DNA from: a virus
Lineage: Duplodnaviria > Caudoviricetes
IMG/VR virus record: IMGVR_UViG_3300024252_000005
DNA length: 64,000 nt
Strand: one strand, 5' to 3'
The position numbers and the translations under genes are program-made. The stretch's first letter is position 1, and every line of letters starts with the position of its first letter. This document shows, in pieces, positions 29,801-39,724 of the stretch. Below the pieces are notes generated by a model. It saw only the letters and a list, made by a program, of their open reading frames with translations. It was not told the DNA's origin and did not search any database.

Positions 29801-32282
29801 CAGTATGACAAAACAGAGTATAAACATAAAAAATTCTGAGAATTCTGACAGTGCTGGTGAATTCAAAAACATCCCCGGGTATTTATGTACACTAAAATTC
29901 CCGTTCATAGTTAAAAAACATGATTTTTTTAAAGATAATGTTTTAGGAAAAATAAAGTCAGCTATGTACATGAGTGATATTCTTTTTGGTGATGACGATA
30001 ACTCATATACTTCATTTTACAGAGAATATTTGAAAATATTGACAAAGTCGGCTTATAATCATGATATATTTTTTGACGAAAATAATACCGGTATTGTTTT
30101 TTACAAATCTGAAGGTGATGAAAAGATAATTGGCGGCTATAGTTTTAATGATGACTTAATTCAAAAAGGAATAATTGCAAATTTGAGCTATTTTGATTTT
30201 GATTTTACAGAAAATTCTGGCAGTTTTATAGAATTAGCTGAATTTTTTAAGTCTACATTATTGAGATTCGTGCCAGACACCGGTGAGTCTACATTATTTA
30301 GATACCTGCCAAACATCGGTGAGTCGACTCTAGAGGAGCTAGGTTTTAAGATCGATCTAAATACAGGATCTTGGGATAATTTAGTACTAGAAAATAATGA
30401 AAAAATCCTTTCAGCTTATACAAGTAATAATTTTAAAATACCTTATAGCTATTTTTATTTAGCTAGTACACCGGGTACTTTTTCAAACAAGATAACTTCG
30501 TTTGCTGAAGATGTGTTGAAAGTTTTCAAAGTTGATTTTAGCAAAATGAATAACATAGGTGATATAGATAGCTTTGTAGACAATAACAGCTTTTACGTAA
30601 GACTATTACAAGATTCTTTAGAAGCATTTTCCAGTATGTTTGTTGAGTCATATAATATTTTTAATAACTTGCTTGTTGATGAAATTAAAATTAATCTTGA
30701 AGACAAAGACGAAGAAAAAAGTAAAGCTTTTTTCAATAACATAGAAAACTTTTACAGCTTCGATAATACTTCGATTAGAAATAAGATAGTTGACGATCTT
30801 AAAAAAATATACAATGACAATATAGCAAGTCAAGGAAATTTTAAATATCAAGATAAAGAATTAGAAACCAGCTTAATAACAGATTTAGATGATAGCAATT
30901 TAAAAGTATATACTGGAAGATATGTAAAATTAAAAGAAGTCATGAGAGTATTAAGCAATAGTGATATTTCTGAAAGTATTTGTCATGATTTGATACACGG
31001 ATATTTTTTAAATTTCGAAAATAACTTAATCAATGCCGGAGAAAACACTTTAGAATTAGATCAGTCTATGGACTTTATAAGCAATGAATTAGACAACATT
31101 AGTCTAGATATATTTGATAATTTTAACAATCTGATTGGCAACGAGTTTTACCAGAATAAAATTTCAAAAGATTTACAAGAAATAATCTACTATAAAAACA
31201 TTTATAACGAAACATTTATAAGAAACAATACTTTTAACACAATAGCAGAAAAGTATGATGAGGGTAACGTTTTTAATCATAGAAAGTTATTAGCTAGTAA
31301 CATGTTTAAAAAAGCATCTGACGGTTGTGGAGTTATTTCTCGAGATATTAGTAGTTACGATACATTTGGTGTTAGCACTAGCGGGATCGCTTTACGCAGG
31401 GAAATTGAATCAAACAAAAAAATAGATATAATAAGGTTGCCTATTGATTACGAACTTTTAAGTAAAATAGGAGAAAGAGGAATACTGGAAATTTCAATTT
31501 TGCCTATTAACGTAAAGTATCCTGAAATTGAGTATGATGAGTTAAAGTATTATTACACTCCCTTTTTAACAGATGTTACTAGTAATTTCTTTTCTGATTC
31601 AGGAATATCTACTGGGAACTATTTAGGATTTTACAATGATGCACAAAAAATATCTAATCGTTATAGCGTAGTTGATAAAAGAACAGCTTTAAATGAAGTT
31701 AAAAATGTGCTTAATGATTCTTTAAGTCGAAGTGCTGAAATTTCTGGTTCACTTAGAGCAGAAAAAGTTGAAAAAGTGGCAAGAAAGCTAGTTGATGATT
31801 CAATTATGTCAAGTGCTATTAAATCTATTAACTATGTAAGCCAAAAACATTTAGATGAAAATGTAAAACTATCAAGTGAAGATACAGAAAATTTAATATC
31901 AGGACAGACTATAAGTATGACATCTTCTCTTACAGAAGACGACTTAGTAAAGATTTTTGATACGTACAGTATCAATGAATTTGAATTTATAAGTGACGAT
32001 AGAAATTATTTCAATTTAGATAGTAATAAAAATATATTAGAAAACAATGATTTTTACAAGAAATTTTTAATTGAAGTAGATAAAGATATTGCGAGTACTG
32101 AGATGATTAAGTGCTTGTTGCCTAGTGTATTTTACGATATTCACAATATCAAGATAAATAGAGATGACTTTAAAATAAATGACAGTGAAGAAGTAATTGA
32201 ATATAGATATGGAAGTAACGTTTTAGAAGATGAAAATGTTGACAAATGCTTTACGTATTATGTAGGTGTAAGGATTTTATAA
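26838..32282 (+). CDS. Very large hypothetical Asn/Ser/Lys-rich protein (virion module)
   Basis: 1814-aa ORF with an ATGA overlap; no recognised motif. Confidence 0.55.
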   Translation: MTIKLFQSKNSSNKIIVKKESNDISLAPSLELSQNLSSLFSESEINSYNANNKIINNNFEVSLSLEELSEPILEENDENFYLHPTVYDAYIDNHKVFVPSSLSTLLSKSLKRTNDLEINILSHEIIHLSSKAGTFDSNITFLYQDDIENETFLKLKLGMINKVESICDRFFKFVDPSIHNDLASSSYDNCLSIYDNLDNLTTFSNKLEKEINYGNIAENFITSGHSKINGKISNLTLGVHESSLFFTGSDDERLLDEQTTNETSLLSVDDLKIFYEKISGFKISRKNIEFDESFLNYEILNSDRLVGQLMLNCGVSMYSLYPNIDNISNNDLETKRIKVNSNAMQRYPIIQVYNLSPNSDMFRGNNYDVLGINGSSFNSNILKSSLSGQKISLFDDDLEDKRLIIKNQMPVKVDYSQKRSFYGTKFKRQNNFNNNIFSFTIKSGNSIRLYENIFFDVKSSFDHFTPTFIQLPTRWITNHSRSEDSANNVAEVTGDDASFFRSFSSYNYEKNKQEITNVFKEKIKKDSEDNSTARARNSMINVIFDKMFANTLANRYLDNIKKFTNIYPANELTFAGGFLESYHKHYNITREIDSSYSDNFEGPHSNEKGLSSEENLMDALQTGSWASEYNESIADIYTNDLNSDNFISDSFVFLASNSFLSKKELNKFSYEREIFSENRQSSKYIKTFSEKLLNGRNSSDNLKNITTINSSDTNDYIIKIASSCNIARRNLASAESIDKFNDFVKKANSKISQGEEFAFLYDDIEETSLDTFENSKFISKGLVYKNNFSKSFDRNVKNTSKVFSDSFNERLEDQDHIFSSKDYREFLSKYYTKSFFRNKKSLLLRMIRDNIDIFSTNNSFYTNKEYFAFDILLATSLSNESNLDKNSNIENVKLILKNAIMNMSGVDQQVSFLKSQPVDNISFFNKNIKNNLASNSKEYELSKFLKKEFKKESIDKVISSIFNKDTIKNQENFIIRTTAKKDLTVEDFSMTKQSINIKNSENSDSAGEFKNIPGYLCTLKFPFIVKKHDFFKDNVLGKIKSAMYMSDILFGDDDNSYTSFYREYLKILTKSAYNHDIFFDENNTGIVFYKSEGDEKIIGGYSFNDDLIQKGIIANLSYFDFDFTENSGSFIELAEFFKSTLLRFVPDTGESTLFRYLPNIGESTLEELGFKIDLNTGSWDNLVLENNEKILSAYTSNNFKIPYSYFYLASTPGTFSNKITSFAEDVLKVFKVDFSKMNNIGDIDSFVDNNSFYVRLLQDSLEAFSSMFVESYNIFNNLLVDEIKINLEDKDEEKSKAFFNNIENFYSFDNTSIRNKIVDDLKKIYNDNIASQGNFKYQDKELETSLITDLDDSNLKVYTGRYVKLKEVMRVLSNSDISESICHDLIHGYFLNFENNLINAGENTLELDQSMDFISNELDNISLDIFDNFNNLIGNEFYQNKISKDLQEIIYYKNIYNETFIRNNTFNTIAEKYDEGNVFNHRKLLASNMFKKASDGCGVISRDISSYDTFGVSTSGIALRREIESNKKIDIIRLPIDYELLSKIGERGILEISILPINVKYPEIEYDELKYYYTPFLTDVTSNFFSDSGISTGNYLGFYNDAQKISNRYSVVDKRTALNEVKNVLNDSLSRSAEISGSLRAEKVEKVARKLVDDSIMSSAIKSINYVSQKHLDENVKLSSEDTENLISGQTISMTSSLTEDDLVKIFDTYSINEFEFISDDRNYFNLDSNKNILENNDFYKKFLIEVDKDIASTEMIKCLLPSVFYDIHNIKINRDDFKINDSEEVIEYRYGSNVLEDENVDKCFTYYVGVRIL

Positions 32283-33908
32283 TTGAATATTGATACTATA
32301 AAAGATTTAGTTTTTTCATTGTCTTACGGCAAAAAAAGAAATCAAGAAGCAAATTTTTCATTTATATATAATCTATATAATGAAAATGAAACTCAAATTC
32401 CTGATGAGTTTATAATGAATACCAATAACGTATCTAAAAATAAATTTATTAGAATAGAGCTTGAAAATACTGTAGAGGTTTTAGATAGTGAAGATTTTTC
32501 TGAAGTTGAACAATTAAGATTTATAGACGAGTTGACAGATCGTGATTTATATGAATCAGAGCGTGAACTTTTTAATAAAATTGATAATTTAATACCTACA
32601 AGAAGGAGTCTAGTAGTAGACTATAAGTTTAATGAAATAAAAAATTATTTTAAAATTAACAAAAAATCTGATGCTGATATTGAAAAAGATACAATTTCAA
32701 GGATTAATAGATCGAACAACTTATCTATTCTACCTGTTAATCAATATATTGAAAAATTTGAAAGAAAAGAACTTGTTGAAAATTTCAACTACAATAATAT
32801 CACTGCTTATGAAGATATTGTTACTAGTGAAAAAATAATAGAAGCTAGAAACAGTAAAGATAACTTTATATCAAAGTTCGAATCAGGAAGCATTTTTCCT
32901 GGTTTAATTCCTTTATCTACAAGTATTAATACAGGTGATCCAAATTTATATGCTAGATTGAATGCTGTATATTGTGGAAGATATTTGGAAAAATTTGCTT
33001 TAGAAGAAAATGGAAAATATAAATTTTTATGTTCTAGGTTTTTTATAAATGCACCTCCACATAATATTGACAACTCAATTGAAGATGAAGCAATAAAATA
33101 TGGAAAAACATACAGATATGTTCATTACAATGTTTATCTATATACAGCAGTTGATCCTAGTGATAGATTTGTATTAAACCATTATTTGCTATGTGACTAT
33201 CCCTATTTAAGCAACGATATCATATGTAAGGAATTTAATATTCCACCTGCGCCTGTAGCACTTAAAGCTTCTTATAATAAAAATAGTAAAAAAATGATGT
33301 TAAGATGGCAATCTCCTACTAATTACGAAGGAGATGTTAAAGGATATCAGATACTTAAAAGGTCTAGTTTAGACGAGCCATTCAAGTTAGTTAAGCAACT
33401 AGAAGGTCATTTACCTACAGATTTATATGATTTCGTAGAAAGCGTTAGAAATTCTGACAAGATAAAAACTCCTGGAAAAGTTGTTACTTCTTATCATGAA
33501 GAAACTTTTGATGTTAATAAGATGTCAATATATGCTATAAGATCAATAGATGCACATGGTATGATATCTAGCTATGGAGAACAAATAGGTGTATATTATG
33601 ACATGCTAAGAGATAAACTTATAACTAGTTTAGTTGGAAGATCAGGTGCTGATGTACTATATCCTAATAGCACAGTACTAAATAAATCTTTATTTTTTGA
33701 AAATCTAATAGATATTGTTGATAATTTACCTTTAGCTGAACAGCCTAAAAAAATAACGCTTTATGTTACTCCTGATTTCTCATGTATCACTACGAAAAAT
33801 GAAGAAGAAAAAATTATAAATGATGGTGATGAGTATCAATTTACTTTTATGAACTTAAATGACAACATTTATAGAAGTGATAAATTTACAATAAACAATT
33901 TTGGTTAA
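32283..33908 (+). CDS. Virion protein with a C-terminal fibronectin type III-like domain
   Basis: PPAPVALKAS....MMLRWQSP....VKGYQILKR...YAIRSIDAHG.IS FN3 pattern; IKYGKTYRY. Confidence 0.6.
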   Translation: MNIDTIKDLVFSLSYGKKRNQEANFSFIYNLYNENETQIPDEFIMNTNNVSKNKFIRIELENTVEVLDSEDFSEVEQLRFIDELTDRDLYESERELFNKIDNLIPTRRSLVVDYKFNEIKNYFKINKKSDADIEKDTISRINRSNNLSILPVNQYIEKFERKELVENFNYNNITAYEDIVTSEKIIEARNSKDNFISKFESGSIFPGLIPLSTSINTGDPNLYARLNAVYCGRYLEKFALEENGKYKFLCSRFFINAPPHNIDNSIEDEAIKYGKTYRYVHYNVYLYTAVDPSDRFVLNHYLLCDYPYLSNDIICKEFNIPPAPVALKASYNKNSKKMMLRWQSPTNYEGDVKGYQILKRSSLDEPFKLVKQLEGHLPTDLYDFVESVRNSDKIKTPGKVVTSYHEETFDVNKMSIYAIRSIDAHGMISSYGEQIGVYYDMLRDKLITSLVGRSGADVLYPNSTVLNKSLFFENLIDIVDNLPLAEQPKKITLYVTPDFSCITTKNEEEKIINDGDEYQFTFMNLNDNIYRSDKFTINNFG

Positions 33909-33926
33909 TATTATTTAATATATATT

Positions 33927-33934
33927 TATAAATA
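33927..33934 (+). promoter_or_regulatory. TATAAATA, identical to the T4 late promoter, overlapping a TATTTA box at 33923
   Basis: Intergenic, 18 nt upstream of the AAGGAG-led ATG at 33953. Confidence 0.4.
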
Positions 33935-33952
33935 AAAGAAGGAGATTGACAT

Positions 33953-34702
33953 ATGGGATTTTTAAATCACGCGACAAACAATGTTATAATTGATGCTGTT
34001 TTAACTGACAAGGGTAGAGAGTTGTTGTCTAGAAATGATGGCTCATTTAAAATATCTAGATTTAGACTTTCAGATGACGAGGTTGACTACTCTGTAATAG
34101 AGCAGTATGGTATACCTTTAGGCAAAGAAAAGATTGAAAAAAATACACCTATATTTGAAGCATTAACATCTGAGAATTTAGCATTAAAATATCCATTAAT
34201 TACTTTAGACAATAATACGCAAGTTGTCTATGCTTATCCTGAGATTGTGCTAGATGGTACAACTTTGCCAATAAGCATTACAACACATTCAGAATCTCAA
34301 CCTAATAAAAAGGTTGCTATTGTTAACATTAAAACATCAATTAATCAAGATGTTGACTTTAATCTTAATAAATCAAGACTTGTAGATGAGTTTTTTAAAG
34401 TTAAAGTTTTTAACAAGCTTCTTAAAGTAACAAACGCAGATTCTGTTGATAATATAGTTAATAGTAGTGATATTACTACATTCAATGTTCTTGCAAAATC
34501 TAGAGAGTCTACAAGAGAATTCAGGGGTCAATCTGTAGCAAAAATTGAAGTTATTGCTGCTGGTATTACAAATGACAGTAGTTATAGATATTATTCTCTG
34601 GCAAGTGATAGAACTACTATTAAAACACAAATACAAATCATAGGAAATAGAACTAATTCTTCATTGATAGTCCCTATTACTATAACTAGTCAACAACTTT
34701 AA
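33953..34702 (+). CDS. Virion structural protein (baseplate/tail-collar-like N-terminus)
   Basis: IDAVLTDKGRELL...SF.ISRF.LSDDEVDY...IEKNTPIFEA; strong AAGGAG RBS. Confidence 0.65.
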   Translation: MGFLNHATNNVIIDAVLTDKGRELLSRNDGSFKISRFRLSDDEVDYSVIEQYGIPLGKEKIEKNTPIFEALTSENLALKYPLITLDNNTQVVYAYPEIVLDGTTLPISITTHSESQPNKKVAIVNIKTSINQDVDFNLNKSRLVDEFFKVKVFNKLLKVTNADSVDNIVNSSDITTFNVLAKSRESTREFRGQSVAKIEVIAAGITNDSSYRYYSLASDRTTIKTQIQIIGNRTNSSLIVPITITSQQL

Positions 34703-34716
34703 AAAGAGAGATAAGA

Positions 34717-35934
34717 ATGACAGAACTGACTAATACGTTTTTTAAAATTAATGATGCAGATATTATTAGAAAAACATCACAAGTAAAACAACTAGTAGAT
34801 ATCTTGCAAGTAGATGTTGCCAGTGTCGATGACGATGATGCACCAAGTAGCAGTAATAATACTAAAACAAGAAAGAAATATGAAGTATTTGTATCAGGAA
34901 CTGGCGCAAATGCAGTAACTAGCTCTCTTTTTCAAACAATATTTGATCAAGATTATACGACACAAACGTCAAACGAGTTGTTTGATATAGCAATAGGATG
35001 TTATGATGGAAGTAAACTAGTTTCTGATGCATCTACTGGAACTGACAGTAGTGGTAAAAGGCTTTTTCCTAACACTGTTCTTATGATGAGAGAGAAAATC
35101 AATATTTATAAGCAATATGCACAGACTTTACTTGGAGATTCTAGTAGTTTCTTTACATCACCATATGAATCAACAGTTTCTTCAGGCGATAATCCTCCAG
35201 AAAGAATTGACGAAGCAATATTTCTAAACGTTAAGCGACTTTTTGCAAGAGACAGTATTGTAAAAGAGCAATTTACAATGAAGTTATATAAAAACCCAGG
35301 GGCGGGTACAAATATTGGAACTCCAGCAGATTCAGCAAGCTCAATAACTATAACAGACTCAGGTGCTAGCACAAGTTTAAGAGTAACAAGTCAAGCTGGT
35401 AGCATTGGGACATTAGTAGAAGGTGCAAATAATGTAGGATTAATATTTTATGAAAAAGGCATTGTAGTATTAGATGCAAAAAAAGTATTTAACGGAACTG
35501 TCAACGTAAAAGGCAACATACCAACAGTTAGTGGCGGCAATGATACAGCTTTTGATGACAAGCTTTTTCCAAACTTATGGGCTACTGGTTCTATTGATAC
35601 TATTGTTGATCATATATGTAATACAAGATTCGGCAGAACGACAAGCACAGCTATGGGTTTTTTAAATCAAACAAACATTAACTCTTCTATTTACGTTTGT
35701 AGAGTTGCTCCGAGTCAAGCAAACTATTCTAGAAATCCAACTTATACAAATTCTGACGGTACTATTAGAGTTATTGATGGTTTAGATAATAGAGGTGCTG
35801 ATCCTTTCTCTTATATTACTACGATAGGGTTGTATGATACTAGCAACAACTTGCTTGCAGTTGCTAAAACATCAAGGCCTATTGAAAAAAATCCAGAAGT
35901 TGACCTTTCGATTAGCGTGAGAATAGACTACTAA
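34717..35934 (+). CDS. Virion structural protein with a tail-collar-like C-terminus
   Basis: C-terminal NYSRNPT...YITTIGLYD.SNNLLAVAK.SRPIEK...SVRIDY. Confidence 0.65.
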   Translation: MTELTNTFFKINDADIIRKTSQVKQLVDILQVDVASVDDDDAPSSSNNTKTRKKYEVFVSGTGANAVTSSLFQTIFDQDYTTQTSNELFDIAIGCYDGSKLVSDASTGTDSSGKRLFPNTVLMMREKINIYKQYAQTLLGDSSSFFTSPYESTVSSGDNPPERIDEAIFLNVKRLFARDSIVKEQFTMKLYKNPGAGTNIGTPADSASSITITDSGASTSLRVTSQAGSIGTLVEGANNVGLIFYEKGIVVLDAKKVFNGTVNVKGNIPTVSGGNDTAFDDKLFPNLWATGSIDTIVDHICNTRFGRTTSTAMGFLNQTNINSSIYVCRVAPSQANYSRNPTYTNSDGTIRVIDGLDNRGADPFSYITTIGLYDTSNNLLAVAKTSRPIEKNPEVDLSISVRIDY

Positions 35935-35935
35935 C

Positions 35936-38900
35936 ATGACAATTAATATTATTGATAAAAAAATGATAGTTCAAAATAAAATTGAACTTCACCCTTCAAT
36001 AAACTACGTTTCAGCATCTTCAGATTGCAATTTTTTAGACAGACTTGAAATAACTCAAGCTGGAACGTATGGGTTTATAAATTCTACAAATACAGATATA
36101 AAAGAGTATAAAGAATATACTGTAGGTAGTGATGCACATGACATCACTAGACAAAGACAGTATAATGTTAGTGATGCTTTCGTAAGAGATACTTCAGTTA
36201 GTTTATTAACAAAAATAACAAATTTGAAAAGTAATATATTAGCGCTAGAATCAGAGCTTAAAACTAAATTAGTTCCTGAAACTAGTAGAAATAATAATTT
36301 TATTACTAGTTTTTGTGTTGACAAGGGTGTTCAATTTAATACAGCAGGAAAACACCAGTTTGAAGTAGAAAGAATTGAAAAAGAATACTTGATAGATAGT
36401 CAAAGCTATAGAAAAAAGCTTTCTGTGCTTAATCTGTATGAATTCTATAGAGAAAACATAGAACATAATAGTTTTCATGATCTAAGCTGGGGATTTAAAA
36501 ACTACAACTCTTTAAACTTTTTCAATATATATGAAAATATTAATAGTAAATTTTCTAATAGTATAACGCATAAAAATTGTCTAATATATCCTAATCTGCT
36601 TAGTCAATCAAAACAAACTTACGACTTTACAGATGCAAAAGATTTTTCAATTAGTTTTTATATTAATCCAAAAAGAAAAAATAAAGATGCTTTTCATTAT
36701 AATCCGGGTTGTATAATTAATATCCCGGGTATAGTTTCTGTATATATTGTTAAAGGTACAAGTGTAGATGAAAAAGGTCTAACTGATAAGTTTAGAATTT
36801 TAACTCAGACAGGAGAAAAAACTTATGAAGCTTTATTTAATACAGTTGAATCAAGTAGTTTTGATTTTACTGACGAAAGTGAACAAAGCGCAGGATTAAA
36901 CTATTTAAGTAAAGATAATATTCTTTCTCATAATAATTGGCATCATGTTGCGCTTGCCTTTAGAAAAAATACAGTAAATAATTCTACAACTTGTTATTTT
37001 GAAATATTTGTAGATGGTGTTCTTATTTCTACACTTAGTGAGCAAGATAATGTTTTTCTGCAGCAATCAAATAACAGCTTTATAACAATTGGTAATAAGA
37101 TACTAGTAGAAAAAGCAGACATTAGTGACTTTGTTCTCAATGCATTTTCCAAAGACTTGACTAATGCAGACGATAACCTTGGTCCTTATGTTAAAAAACA
37201 TATACTTTTTGGTAATCAGATTGATTCTGTTTTAAACGGAGTGAGTGATCCAAGCAAAACATATGATTTTAAAAACAATTTAAACGATAGTAATTCTAGT
37301 TATATTAATGAAAATACTAGTATGGCATTAAATGCAGAAATTTGTGATATTAGATTGTACAAGCAATCTTTGGACGCTGAAAAAGTTTTAAATATTACAA
37401 AAAAAGGTATTAATAGTATTGATTATGAAAAAGATGAATACGATCTTATTTTTTACTTGCCTGTATATTTTAAGTCACAAAATGTCAAAAGACAGGGTCT
37501 TGTTAACTTAAATGCACCGTATAGAAAAACAATAGACAATGATATATCAGTACCTGTTGATGAATACCTCGAAGGTAAATATATATATAACAACGTTGAT
37601 CAAAACGTTGATGAAAATAATTTCAAAATAAAAACAGAAAATATATCTTATAATTCTGCAACTAATCCTTTCTTTTTTACATTTACAGGCGGTACAGAAG
37701 TATCAGCTGAGCATTTTACTAGAGAATTTGTTTTTAATACTCAACCCAATATAGTTATTGGTGGCAATATAAAAGAAGATTCTTATCAAAATTGCTTTTT
37801 AAGTAAAGCTTCTTTTGTTTTAGATAATGCAGATTTTAATAATAAAATAAAAGAAGGCAAAACAGCTGATACTTTTTTGCTCGATATATATAACGAAGCT
37901 TCAATAGATAATACAATAACTATAAATAGTCTTAAAACAAATGCTGATATAGATCATCAAGTAGATACTATTATTTACAAAAATTATATGATTTTACCAA
38001 GCGACAATGGTCTTCAAGAGCAGTTTTATAATAACGATGTTTTTAAGTATAATTTAGAAAGTGATTATCTAGATATACATAAAAATGATGTTGGAGAGAT
38101 AAATTATGACTTTGTTTCTCTAAACAACATAAAAAAAGATTTTAATTTAAAAAGCTCAATTAGTGCTAGGCTTTTAACAATACCAGAATATTACAATAGA
38201 GATGAACTGACGCCTTTAGAAGAAAGAAGAGAGTTTTATATAACTAATAGCAATGTTTCTTTTATTAATGAAAAGAGATTCAATGAGTTCCCAGATAAAC
38301 TGAAAAATATATCTTTGAATAACTATCATAGTGAATTTAATCTATCATTTGTTGATAATGTTGTTTCGTCTAATATTAGCGCATGGAGAAAATCTGAGCT
38401 ATCTCTTGCTAGCAAATTAGATTTAAATGAATCAGGCGACTTCTATAAAACATTTTCTAATCCTGCACAAAGAAGTTATTATTCTAGCCATGACAATACA
38501 ATATCACAATTGGAAAATTATGATCAAAAATTAATTGGTCAAGAAAGTTCAATTATTTACTGGAAAGCATATAGTCCTTTATGGCAACTTGAGGAAGATT
38601 ATAATGAAAACTCTAGTACTATTTTCTGTATTTCTACACAAATTTTCAATAACAAAATTAAAAAAGAGACTTTTACTATTAAGGATGTTGATCTGCCACT
38701 ATCTTCTGGAGTAAGTTTATTTTTTAAAGATAGTAGCTTAGGCACAATGTATAGATGTGATAGTTTAACAAAGAGCGCTGAATGGAATACCTCAGGACAT
38801 GTTCTATATAACGAAGGTATTTGTACATTATTACATCCTAGTCTTTATAATTTTGGTTTGACAAACTTTAAAATTGAAGCAAAGTCTCATGCTTCATTAA

Positions 38901-39142
38901 ATGTTTTTGAATTAAACTTGCCTGCTCATGCTGGAGAAACTAATTTATCTAAAAACAAGTCATATATTGAAGATTTAAGAATAGATAACTCTGCATTTAA
39001 CTCTGACGAAGATTTTGTTTATATTACAGATATAGACATTCACGATGAAAACTTAAATGTTGTAGCAAAAGCTAAATTAGCTCAGCCATTTCCTAAGAAG
39101 AACAGTGATAATGTGCTATTTAGAGTTAAAATGGATTTTTAA
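35936..39142 (+). CDS. Large virion protein with a LamG-like domain and a tail-collar-like C-terminus
   Basis: FSISFYINP...WHHVALAF...EIFVDG...AEICDIRLY; C-terminal YITDIDIHDENLNVVAKAKLAQP..K....LFRVKMDF, paralogous to the 34717 C-terminus. Confidence 0.65.
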   Translation: MTINIIDKKMIVQNKIELHPSINYVSASSDCNFLDRLEITQAGTYGFINSTNTDIKEYKEYTVGSDAHDITRQRQYNVSDAFVRDTSVSLLTKITNLKSNILALESELKTKLVPETSRNNNFITSFCVDKGVQFNTAGKHQFEVERIEKEYLIDSQSYRKKLSVLNLYEFYRENIEHNSFHDLSWGFKNYNSLNFFNIYENINSKFSNSITHKNCLIYPNLLSQSKQTYDFTDAKDFSISFYINPKRKNKDAFHYNPGCIINIPGIVSVYIVKGTSVDEKGLTDKFRILTQTGEKTYEALFNTVESSSFDFTDESEQSAGLNYLSKDNILSHNNWHHVALAFRKNTVNNSTTCYFEIFVDGVLISTLSEQDNVFLQQSNNSFITIGNKILVEKADISDFVLNAFSKDLTNADDNLGPYVKKHILFGNQIDSVLNGVSDPSKTYDFKNNLNDSNSSYINENTSMALNAEICDIRLYKQSLDAEKVLNITKKGINSIDYEKDEYDLIFYLPVYFKSQNVKRQGLVNLNAPYRKTIDNDISVPVDEYLEGKYIYNNVDQNVDENNFKIKTENISYNSATNPFFFTFTGGTEVSAEHFTREFVFNTQPNIVIGGNIKEDSYQNCFLSKASFVLDNADFNNKIKEGKTADTFLLDIYNEASIDNTITINSLKTNADIDHQVDTIIYKNYMILPSDNGLQEQFYNNDVFKYNLESDYLDIHKNDVGEINYDFVSLNNIKKDFNLKSSISARLLTIPEYYNRDELTPLEERREFYITNSNVSFINEKRFNEFPDKLKNISLNNYHSEFNLSFVDNVVSSNISAWRKSELSLASKLDLNESGDFYKTFSNPAQRSYYSSHDNTISQLENYDQKLIGQESSIIYWKAYSPLWQLEEDYNENSSTIFCISTQIFNNKIKKETFTIKDVDLPLSSGVSLFFKDSSLGTMYRCDSLTKSAEWNTSGHVLYNEGICTLLHPSLYNFGLTNFKIEAKSHASLNVFELNLPAHAGETNLSKNKSYIEDLRIDNSAFNSDEDFVYITDIDIHDENLNVVAKAKLAQPFPKKNSDNVLFRVKMDF

Positions 39143-39145
39143 TTA

Positions 39146-39724
39146 ATGCAAGAAATAAGTTACATAGGTTTAGATATATCTACTTCAATAATAGGTATTT
39201 GTTTTTTAGATAGTAATAGTGATTTAGTTTTATTAGATAATATTAATTTAAAAAAGACTAAATCTATGTTTAGTAAATCTGAAATTGTTAAGAATAGATT
39301 AATAGAATATAAAAATAGTCTTAAGTTTACAAAAAATATTAAAATATCTATAGAAGCGGCATTCCAATCTTTCAGCGCTGGATTCTCTTCAGCAAAGACT
39401 CTTTCTCAGTTAAATAGATTTAATGGTATTGTATCTTACTTAGTATATGATGTATTTAGTATTGAACCCTTATATATTAATGTTAACAGCGCAAGAAAAA
39501 ATTTACAAATAAAAATTGACAGAAAGTCAAAAAATTCTACAAAAGAACAAGTATTTGAATGGGCAAGAAATAACTTAAATAGTGAATTTAATTGGCCAGA
39601 AAAAATATTAAAAAGTGGTCCTAATAAAGGTCGTGTAAAATTTGATGAATCTTGTTATGATATGTCTGACGCATTTGTAATATGTAAGGCATTAATTTTC
39701 AATGAAGAATCCAACAATAAATGA
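39146..39724 (+). CDS. ruvC: RuvC-like Holliday junction resolvase
   Basis: YIGLDISTS.IG; IE; NGIVSY; DMSDA..I acidic catalytic residues. Confidence 0.8.
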   Translation: MQEISYIGLDISTSIIGICFLDSNSDLVLLDNINLKKTKSMFSKSEIVKNRLIEYKNSLKFTKNIKISIEAAFQSFSAGFSSAKTLSQLNRFNGIVSYLVYDVFSIEPLYINVNSARKNLQIKIDRKSKNSTKEQVFEWARNNLNSEFNWPEKILKSGPNKGRVKFDESCYDMSDAFVICKALIFNEESNNK

